Part shown: positions 50,151 to 57,516 of the stretch, piece by piece | Numbering within the stretch: position 1 is the first letter of the stretch | How the letters are laid out: each line of letters begins with the position of its first letter | The notes under the pieces: model-generated | Database searches by the model: none | Told to the model about the DNA's origin: nothing | Seen by the model: only the letters and a program-made list of their open reading frames with translations | Position numbers and translations under genes: made by a program | Assembly (NCBI GenBank): GCA_030141605.1 | Contig: JAQGDQ010002417.1 | Coordinates: 1 to 57,516 of the forward strand | Length of the DNA stretch: 57,516 nt | Direction: 5' to 3' | Source: Tubiluchus corallicola | Lineage: Eukaryota > Animalia > Priapulida

Positions 50151-50844
50151 GAGAGTCCAATATCTTGCCATCTTCACATTTCAATACCCTTTCTTCAGTT
50201 CTTTCTATCAAGTTATGATTGTGTGTTGCCATCAATACTGCCGTTCCCTTGGCATTAATACGAAAAAAAAGTTTAAATATTTCTTTTGAGACAACAGGAT
50301 CTAAATTGCCAGTAGGTTCGTCCGCTATAATTAATACAGGATCATTAAGCAATGCCCTAGCAATGGCTAAACGCTGTTGCTCTCCTCCAGATAAGTGATA
50401 CGGCATTTTATAGTCGCTAGCTGCCAATCCCACCATTTGCAAAGTTTCAAGTGCTCTAAGTTTCATTTTGCGCTTGTCTTTCCAACCAGTAGCTCTCATA
50501 ACAAACATTAGATTTTCTATTACATTTCGGTCCAATAAAAGTTGAAAATCCTGAAACACTATACCCAGCTGCCTTCTAAGCAAAGAGACCCGTTTTTGAG
50601 TAATTTTCCGAGTAACATTCACTCCTGCAACAATCACTTTCCCTTTATAAGGAGCTAAATCTGCATACAAAACTTTCAAAAAAGAAGACTTACCACTACC
50701 TGTTCGCCCAACCAAAAACACAAATTCTCCTTTTTTTATATCTATGTTTACATCTTTCAAAATAATATGTTCTCCTTGGTACACCTGTAATCCTTTTGTT
50801 GACACAATAGCGTTAGAAGGTAGGTTTTCATTAAAAGATCTCAT
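50116..50844 (-). CDS. ftsE: FtsE-like cell division ABC ATP-binding protein
   Basis: GRTGSGKS, LGIVFQDFQLL, LSGGEQQR, ADEPTGNLD and MATHN. Confidence 0.8.
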   Translation of the reverse strand: MRSFNENLPSNAIVSTKGLQVYQGEHIILKDVNIDIKKGEFVFLVGRTGSGKSSFLKVLYADLAPYKGKVIVAGVNVTRKITQKRVSLLRRQLGIVFQDFQLLLDRNVIENLMFVMRATGWKDKRKMKLRALETLQMVGLAASDYKMPYHLSGGEQQRLAIARALLNDPVLIIADEPTGNLDPVVSKEIFKLFFRINAKGTAVLMATHNHNLIERTEERVLKCEDGKILDSLKDDFYLRTYY

Positions 50845-51074
50845 ACAACAAACTTTAATAATTTTCCAAAAGGCATCTCTTTTATCAATTTTTTAAATTG
50901 ACGCTCTTTATCTCCAAGCTGTAGCTTGTTTAACTTTTGCATCTCTCTATCAGGACAATAGCTAAAATACTCAAGAAGAGTAAAGTCCTCATCTCTCACT
51001 TGTATATAGTTAGGGATTTTCAATTTTCCTTTTATTTTCATTATGTGAAAAACTCTTTCTTTTGGCACTGTCAT
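50841..51074 (-). CDS. Small conserved hypothetical protein
   Basis: KIKGKLKIPNYIQVRDEDFTL resembles a small Bacteroidota family. Stop overlaps the ftsE start; -7 motif TATATTTG at 51110-51117. Confidence 0.65.
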   Translation of the reverse strand: MTVPKERVFHIMKIKGKLKIPNYIQVRDEDFTLLEYFSYCPDREMQKLNKLQLGDKERQFKKLIKEMPFGKLLKFVV

Positions 51075-51253
51075 TATACGTTAAAGAGATACAATCAAGG
51101 TTAACTTTACAAATATAGATGAAAATAATTTTATGAATATACTAAAACACATTTTTTCTGATTAAATTTAGAAGCTAATAGTATTTGATGGCGGAACCAT
51201 TTGGGGCATAAGATTTATTTTTCTAATATTGATACTTAAAACATCCTAACATT

Positions 51254-51706
51254 ATGATAACAGTATTGCAAAGAGTCGCCTCTGCTAGGGTAGAAATTGA
51301 AAATAAAACTCATGCAAAAATAAAGCATGGGGTTTTAGTATTAGTAGGGATTGAAGAAAATGACACGATGGAAGATATAAGGTGGTTAAGCAAGAAAATC
51401 GTTCAACTCCGAATTTTTAATGATGAAAATGGTGTGATGAACAGAAGCGTAAAAGATATTTTTGGAGACGTCTTGGTAGTCAGTCAATTTACATTACACG
51501 CAAGCACAAAGAAAGGAAACCGACCTTCATACATTAAAGCAGCTAAACCAGAAGTAGCTATTCCTATTTACCAAAACCTTATAGCAAGCATTGAGCAACT
51601 ATTGGGGGGGAAAATACTTTCAGGGGTATTTGGGGCAAATATGAAAATACACATCATCAATGATGGTCCTGTAACTATAATTATTGATACAAAAGATAAA
51701 AAATAG
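51254..51706 (+). CDS. dtd: D-aminoacyl-tRNA deacylase
   Basis: VLQRV, LRIFND, VVSQFTL, KGNRPS and NDGPVT. Confidence 0.96.
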   Translation: MITVLQRVASARVEIENKTHAKIKHGVLVLVGIEENDTMEDIRWLSKKIVQLRIFNDENGVMNRSVKDIFGDVLVVSQFTLHASTKKGNRPSYIKAAKPEVAIPIYQNLIASIEQLLGGKILSGVFGANMKIHIINDGPVTIIIDTKDKK

Positions 51707-51775
51707 TACCTCACTACATTCATTTTTATAATAAAACTAATCCCCCCATTATAACCCCCTTGCTATACAGAAGCC

Positions 51776-52933
51776 CTAACTTTGCTTTTTCGTAGCGGTT
51801 TTTCTGACTGTTTTTTTTGGTTTTTTCGCACTGGGAATAGGGTAGTTCATTTTTTTAATATGTTTTTTGAGGAGCGAACTTACAACGGCTATTGTTTCTT
51901 CGTCAAAATTATATTTTTTCACCTTGTGTTTTTTGATTTTTTCTTTATACGCTTCCCAAGCTATTTTTACTGTTTGAGTTTTAGGTAGTTTAAAATTATC
52001 ATACACCTTTTCTAACTCTTTTGTAGGCGATTTTATTAGATCTTCATAGCGAATCTCTAAAAGATTTTTGTTAGTAAGCATATTCTTATCTCTTGAATAT
52101 TTATCTAGCATTCCTTCATATACATCTAATACAAATCTTTTCAATTCTTTTTCACTTATATCATGAAAAGTAATGGGCTTAAGTACCCCTTGAAAGAAAC
52201 TTGCCGTAGAAGTGTATACTTCAAACGGATTTCTATAAACATAAATAAATTTGGCATTAGGGAACAGCTTTAACAATTGCGGTATTCGCATTGTGTTAGG
52301 TGGGTTTTTAGAAACGTACCTTCTCTTTTTGCAATTAATTAAGCTGCGAACTACCAGTTCGTGGTAGGTGTTAAGCCATATATTTTCTTTTCTCTTACTG
52401 ATGCCTTTCCACAAAAGATATTTTTCATAAAACTCTATTCTGCTTTTAGGAAAAAAGAACCAATGGTAATAACTCATACTAAAAGTATTTCCTAACGCAA
52501 ACTCCTCTTCTTGTGGGTAGTCAGGATGCAATTTCACATTGTCATAAGGCCTTGCACTGGGCATAGCCCAATGTATAATTTTTTTTATTATCCTTTGAAA
52601 AGCAAATAAATTGTTGGGACATACTGTTTGATAGGTAGTTGTAAAGCCAGCTTGAGGATCTAAACACATAAGGTTGTGCAATAAAGTAGTTCCGCTTCTC
52701 CAATGCCCAATAATAAATATAGGAGGCTCTTCAAGTCTAAATTCACGTTTAAGTTTTTTAAAACGAATGCGATCAAATAGACTTAAACCTGTAAATAGAA
52801 GACTTAGGGCGATGGACTTATAAAACTTGATTCTGTACGCTTTATCTATCTTATATTTCCATGCTAACGCCCAAAAGTTCAAAAATTTACTTCCAAACAT
52901 ATTAGATATTGAAAAATTGAATTCCTTCTTCAT
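51776..52933 (-). CDS. PAPS-dependent sulfotransferase (Stf3-like)
   Basis: 5'PSB loop GHWRSGTTLL, PQEEEFA, KNPPN and 3'PB motif RNPFEVYTS. Confidence 0.88.
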   Translation of the reverse strand: MKKEFNFSISNMFGSKFLNFWALAWKYKIDKAYRIKFYKSIALSLLFTGLSLFDRIRFKKLKREFRLEEPPIFIIGHWRSGTTLLHNLMCLDPQAGFTTTYQTVCPNNLFAFQRIIKKIIHWAMPSARPYDNVKLHPDYPQEEEFALGNTFSMSYYHWFFFPKSRIEFYEKYLLWKGISKRKENIWLNTYHELVVRSLINCKKRRYVSKNPPNTMRIPQLLKLFPNAKFIYVYRNPFEVYTSTASFFQGVLKPITFHDISEKELKRFVLDVYEGMLDKYSRDKNMLTNKNLLEIRYEDLIKSPTKELEKVYDNFKLPKTQTVKIAWEAYKEKIKKHKVKKYNFDEETIAVVSSLLKKHIKKMNYPIPSAKKPKKTVRKTATKKQS

Positions 52934-53059
52934 ATGAGCTTGCTTTCTAAATAAATTTACTTCTTCTCGCTAGTTGTTGAGGTCGCACACGATTACCACG
53001 GCAAATTGTATGCATATTTCCCTTATGTGTTTTTATCACTATAATGGGTAAAGTACTTA

Positions 53060-55192
53060 CTAATAAGCGTTATCTTTTTCCAATTGAGTGCTTTTCATTA
53101 ACTTTTCTTGTATGTCAAATGGCACAGATGCATGTTCTAAGTATTTGGCTGTAAAATTAGCCCTTCCTTGTGTCAATGACCTCAAAGTAGTAGTGTACTT
53201 ATGTAGCTCCGAAAGCGGAGTTTTAGCTTTTATTACTTGATACCTACCTTTTGAATCTATTCCCTGAATAATCGAGCGTCGCGTTTGTAAGTCTGTCATT
53301 ACTTCTCCCATCAATTCCTCTGGCACTAATACCTCCACATCATACACTGGCTCTAATAGCTTTGGGCTAGCCTTTAAAAACGCATCCTTAAATGCCTGTG
53401 CTCCTGCTATTTTAAATGAAATATCATTGCTGTCCACAGGGTGCATTTTTCCATCATATACAACTACCCTTACGTCACGCACAAAAGAACTAGTCATTGG
53501 TCCTTCCTCCATTTCTTCCATTATTCCTTTCAAAATAGAAGGTATAAATCTTGCATCTATTACGCCTCCAACAATGCAGTTGTAAAATACTAATTTTCCT
53601 CCCCATTCAAGGTCTATTTCTTCTTTTCCTCTAATGGAAACTCCCTTAGGCTCAGGCATACCTTTGTAGTAAGGTTCTACCTTCAAGCTAACTTCTCCAA
53701 ACTGCCCTGCACCTCCTGATTGTTTTTTATGCCTATACGTCGTTTCTACAGCCTGCTGGATAGTCTCTCTATATGGTATTTTAGGTTCAAATAGCACTGA
53801 TTTCACTCCAAAATCATTTTCTAATCTCCACTGCACAATGTTAAAATGCAATTCTCCTTGTCCTTCCAAAATAAGTTGCTTTAACTCTTTGGAGTAGTAG
53901 TATTTTAGGGTTAAATCCTCCTCTACTAAACTTTTTAAGACTTCTACTAATTTTTCATCATCAGATTCATTCTCTGCTTTTATTGCTGTTTTTATTCTAG
54001 ACTCTGGAAATGTCAAAGGAAGAATCTCAAAGCTCACATCTTTAGAATGTAGAGTGTGATTTGTTTTTGTGCTTTTTAGCTTTACTGTTGCCCCTATATC
54101 TCCTGCTATCAACTGCTTTACAGAATGTTTGTTCTTACCATCCATTACATAAAGTTGATTAATCTTCTCTACAACATCCAACTGGTTGTTTACTAATTCA
54201 TCTCCAGTATTTACTTTTCCTGACAATACTTTAAAAAAAGATATCTTACCTAAAAAAGGGTCAATAGAAGTTTTGAATACAAACAAAGAGGTTGGCTGGT
54301 CAGGCGAACAAACTAACTTTTCGTCTTCGGTAGTAATTTCTGGTGGCATTTCGTGAGCCGAAGGCGCTACATTGTCTATAAATCCCATCATTCTACCACT
54401 ACCCATGTTGTTTTTTGCTGATAGGCAGAAAACAGGAAAAACATCATGTTTTATCATTCCTATTTTAAGTCCTCTTCTCATTTCATCTTCATCTAACATA
54501 CCTTTTTCAAAGTACAAATCCATAAGTTCGTCGTCATTTTCAGCGGATTTTTCTACCAGTTCATTATGCAAAGCACTTGCTCGTTCTTTTTCTTCTTCTG
54601 GAATAGGCAACTTTTCTGGCTTCCCTCCTTGTTCCGAAAACTTATACATCACCATTTTTAAAAGATCTATTATGCAATTAAAGCCTTCTTTTTGGTTAAA
54701 TGGGTATTGCATTATTACAGCTTTGTTTCCAAATCTTTCTTTTATAGACTGAATAGTCATATCATAATTGGATTTCGGGTGATCCAATTGGTTTATTGCT
54801 AAAATTGTTGGTTTTTTTCGCTTTTCAATGTAGTTCCAAATAAGCTCTGTATTTACCTCCACACCATACTGCGCATTAACTAGCATTACACAAGTGTCAG
54901 CAATTCGTAATGAGGGTATTATTTCTCCAATAAATTCATCCAATCCTGGAGTATCTATTATATTTATTTTGTAGTCTCTCCACTCAGTATGTAATATAGC
55001 TGAGTAAATAGAGCTTTGACGCTCATGTTCTATTGGATGAAAATCAGCAATTGTGCTTTGATTTTCAATACTTCCTCTTCTATTGATAATTCCAGCTTCA
55101 AAAAGCATGGTTTCAGCTAATGTCGTTTTTCCTGTTTTTGCTCCACCTATAAGAGTAATATTTTTAATAAATTTTTGATCAAATGTTTTCAT
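53060..55192 (-). CDS. fusA2: Elongation factor G paralog (EF-G2)
   Basis: EF-G domains I-V (PYRETI, HKKQSGGAGQFGEV, DGKMHPVDS, LLEP) with degenerate G motifs GGAKTGKTT, DTPGL and NQLD. Confidence 0.88.
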   Translation of the reverse strand: MKTFDQKFIKNITLIGGAKTGKTTLAETMLFEAGIINRRGSIENQSTIADFHPIEHERQSSIYSAILHTEWRDYKINIIDTPGLDEFIGEIIPSLRIADTCVMLVNAQYGVEVNTELIWNYIEKRKKPTILAINQLDHPKSNYDMTIQSIKERFGNKAVIMQYPFNQKEGFNCIIDLLKMVMYKFSEQGGKPEKLPIPEEEKERASALHNELVEKSAENDDELMDLYFEKGMLDEDEMRRGLKIGMIKHDVFPVFCLSAKNNMGSGRMMGFIDNVAPSAHEMPPEITTEDEKLVCSPDQPTSLFVFKTSIDPFLGKISFFKVLSGKVNTGDELVNNQLDVVEKINQLYVMDGKNKHSVKQLIAGDIGATVKLKSTKTNHTLHSKDVSFEILPLTFPESRIKTAIKAENESDDEKLVEVLKSLVEEDLTLKYYYSKELKQLILEGQGELHFNIVQWRLENDFGVKSVLFEPKIPYRETIQQAVETTYRHKKQSGGAGQFGEVSLKVEPYYKGMPEPKGVSIRGKEEIDLEWGGKLVFYNCIVGGVIDARFIPSILKGIMEEMEEGPMTSSFVRDVRVVVYDGKMHPVDSNDISFKIAGAQAFKDAFLKASPKLLEPVYDVEVLVPEELMGEVMTDLQTRRSIIQGIDSKGRYQVIKAKTPLSELHKYTTTLRSLTQGRANFTAKYLEHASVPFDIQEKLMKSTQLEKDNAY

Positions 55193-55263
55193 TCTCTTAA
55201 AGTTTAATAACTAAGTAATTTAATTAACACTTGAAGTTAAAAAATAAAATTGACAAGAAAAAC

Positions 55264-55301
55264 AAAAAACGCAAATACCTTTATTAGCATTTGCGTTTTT
55301 T
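55264..55301 (-). terminator. Rho-independent terminator after the LRR genes
   Basis: AAAAAACGCAAAT...ATTTGCGTTTTTT inverted repeat. Confidence 0.72.
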
Positions 55302-55335
55302 GAAATTTTAATTTATATAAGGTCTATTTTTTAGG

Positions 55336-56493
55336 CTATGGGACAGGACAATCAGCGCCAGGGTCATGTGTTTCTTCTGACTCTACAACACCTCCCGCAT
55401 CATAAGTAACAACAGATATATCTAAGTCTTGGTTGTCGTTAAGAGATTTAATATCATCTGAGCATTTTATATCATCTATATCTGGTATTTTTAAGGTCGT
55501 TAGGTTTTCATTTCTAAAAAGCAACAATGTTTCTAATATTGTTGCTCTACTAACATCAAGCTCTGTAACAAGATTTCCAAAAAACTTCAATGTCTTTAGT
55601 CTATCAAAGCTTGTCATTACAAAGTCCTCAATAAAGTTGTTTGAACAGTTCAAATTTTCTAGTTCATACGTATTGTATAAAACAAGGTCTTTGATCCTGT
55701 TTTCACTACAATCGAGAAGTTTTAAGAAAATATGATTTTCCAATTTCAAAGAACTCAATCTATTTCCCTTACAATTAAGAAATTTGAGGGCGTTTGTGTT
55801 TTCTAAATTAATACTATCTATATAGTTATATTGACAAAAAGCTGTATCTAAGCTTGGCATATTACCTACATCAAATGTTACAAGATTATTGTAAGCACAA
55901 TGTAAATACTTCAAACTAGTTAAAAACTGTATTCCTTTAAGAGTTTTAATTCCTCTTTGGCTACAATCTAATCTTATCAAATCTTCTATTGCCTCATCCT
56001 GAGGGTCAAACATATCATCGCTCTTAAATGCAGATGGAATAACTTCTTTTAACACTTTTCTAAAGTTTTCGTCTGGGATATTTTTTGTTACTTGAACATC
56101 TAATGTATCACTTACGGCACTTGTTTCCTCTAAAAAAAGCAACAGCCTATACATCCCTGGCTTTTTAAACACTGCTACTAATTCATCCTCCCCTCTAGTA
56201 ATAAGGGCGTCAGAAGATTCTACCTCTTTGTCATCTAAAGTTCTTACGAAAGCTATTAATTCATCCCTAAACGTTTCAGTTTCGTTAGGGTGTATCTTAC
56301 ACCTTACCTCTTCAACTCCATATTCCATAAGCACAGCAGTATTAGCTAAAGGGTCTTTACCTACAAAATCTTCTTCAAATACTGCATCCCCTGCCAACTT
56401 TATATCTAATAATAAAATTTGCGTTTCCTTTTTATCACATCCCCAAATAGCAATGGTTACTAATAATATTATAATCCAAGTTTTGTTCTTCAT
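55336..56493 (-). CDS. Leucine-rich repeat lipoprotein
   Basis: Lipoprotein signal IAIWGC, FKKPGMY beta-domain motif, IPDENF cap and LxxLxCxxNxL repeats. Confidence 0.85.
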   Translation of the reverse strand: MKNKTWIIILLVTIAIWGCDKKETQILLLDIKLAGDAVFEEDFVGKDPLANTAVLMEYGVEEVRCKIHPNETETFRDELIAFVRTLDDKEVESSDALITRGEDELVAVFKKPGMYRLLLFLEETSAVSDTLDVQVTKNIPDENFRKVLKEVIPSAFKSDDMFDPQDEAIEDLIRLDCSQRGIKTLKGIQFLTSLKYLHCAYNNLVTFDVGNMPSLDTAFCQYNYIDSINLENTNALKFLNCKGNRLSSLKLENHIFLKLLDCSENRIKDLVLYNTYELENLNCSNNFIEDFVMTSFDRLKTLKFFGNLVTELDVSRATILETLLLFRNENLTTLKIPDIDDIKCSDDIKSLNDNQDLDISVVTYDAGGVVESEETHDPGADCPVP

Positions 56494-56542
56494 AATTGTA
56501 TTTATTTCTATTGAATTTTAGCAATATTCCATAAAAGGCATT

Positions 56543-57516
56543 TTATTCACAATACTCCGAAGGAGTATAGTCATGACTTTCCCATCTATTGGTTTCTTCC
56601 GCCTCTAAGTCTCCAAGGTTAATTCTTTTCACTCTAGATAGAGTTAAATTAGGTCTTCTTCTTTGCCAAAGGAGAGTTACAGATTCATCACACAATATGT
56701 CATTACCGTCAGGTAAATATAGACGTGAAAAGCTGTTATAATTAATACTAAATATAAGTTCCTGTAAAGGGTTTCCTTCAAGCCTCACTGTGTGTATTTC
56801 TGGCAGTCCTTCAGAAAGATCTAATTGTGCTAAAAAATTTTCTTTTACGTAAAAATGGCTTAACGTTGGAAGATTTGCTAAAGTCAAATCCGTCAATATA
56901 TTTCTACTCAAATCCAAGTATGTCAGTGATTCTATATCTCGAAAATCTGCTTTTTCGAATGAGTTGTCTTCTAATGAAAGAGAATCTAATGATGTGTTTT
57001 TATTATCTATGATGATTTGAGAAATTGCATTTTTATTAGCATATAATATCTCTAAATTCTCCATTCCTGATATATCAATTTTACTAATTCTGTTTTCATA
57101 ACAAGTAATTTTTCTTAAAGATGAAAAAAGATTCACTCCATATATGCTTTCTATAAAGTGGTCAGGGCATCTAATTTCTCTTACAGCTTCTATGTCATCT
57201 CTCTTGCTTGTATCTAACATCTCCCCTGCAAATGCCTGCGAAAAATTAGACATAAGATATTCTCTAAAATTATCATCTGGGATATTTGAAGTTGCTTGTA
57301 CAATATATTCAAATGGAATTTTAGTGTCTTCATCAGGATATACTTTTACTTTATATTCACCTGGCTTCTTAAAAAGGATTTCCCCTTGATAAGGGTCTGA
57401 CGATGAGGTTATTACTTCAACAGAAGATATGGGAACATAACTATTATATAGTGTTGTTACAGTTAGCCTTGTAATAACATCTGATGACCAACTAGGAGCA
57501 AACTCATACTTATAAT
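56543..57516 (-). CDS. Leucine-rich repeat protein, paralog of 55336-56493 (5' end beyond the window)
   Basis: The frame stays open upstream of 57253 to the window end and reads ...FKKPGEYKVKV...NIPDDNFREYLMSNF, followed by LRRs. Confidence 0.82.
   Translation of the reverse strand, partial: YKYEFAPSWSSDVITRLTVTTLYNSYVPISSVEVITSSSDPYQGEILFKKPGEYKVKVYPDEDTKIPFEYIVQATSNIPDDNFREYLMSNFSQAFAGEMLDTSKRDDIEAVREIRCPDHFIESIYGVNLFSSLRKITCYENRISKIDISGMENLEILYANKNAISQIIIDNKNTSLDSLSLEDNSFEKADFRDIESLTYLDLSRNILTDLTLANLPTLSHFYVKENFLAQLDLSEGLPEIHTVRLEGNPLQELIFSINYNSFSRLYLPDGNDILCDESVTLLWQRRRPNLTLSRVKRINLGDLEAEETNRWESHDYTPSEYCE

Noticed and set aside
51740-51778. C-runs between convergent dtd and sulfotransferase (possible G-quadruplex on the minus strand)
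   Set aside because: Only three G-runs with uneven loops, and no supporting evidence.

Overview
AT-rich chromosomal window from a Bacteroidota bacterium, probably Cytophagales-like. This is inferred from the TAnnTTTG -7 promoter motifs, the rimO-bshC-5-FTHF cyclo-ligase gene order, the lpxK-porin-recJ-lptB-GH3 gene order, type B L31 and an EF-G2 paralog. Most genes are housekeeping: tldD/pmbA, alsT-type symporter, rimO, bshC, hppA, tig-clpP-clpX, 4 tRNAs, kdsB, dgt, era, fabI, speA, an NtrC-family regulator, RNase P RNA, lpxK, recJ, lptB, hisS, rpmE2, mfd, cca, ftsE and dtd. Six genes are frameshifted, mostly at homopolymers, which looks like long-read consensus error. Five accessory elements stand out. 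(1) A sulfur-redox module in which one 822-aa protein combines an octaheme tetrathionate-reductase-family cytochrome, a rhodanese domain inserted between hemes 7 and 8, and a C-terminal cytochrome b. Two YeeE/YedE genes follow, one ending in a rhodanese-like domain and a GGC tail. (2) A small secreted CWTGC peptide gene coupled to a TPR-TM protein with no visible output domain. (3) A young chimeric gene made by a 600-bp microhomology-bounded duplication plus a 246-bp triplication, with copies differing only by non-synonymous changes. (4) A probable internally deleted methyltransferase remnant upstream of bshC. (5) Tandem LRR lipoproteins. All family calls come from motif recognition; no database searches were run.
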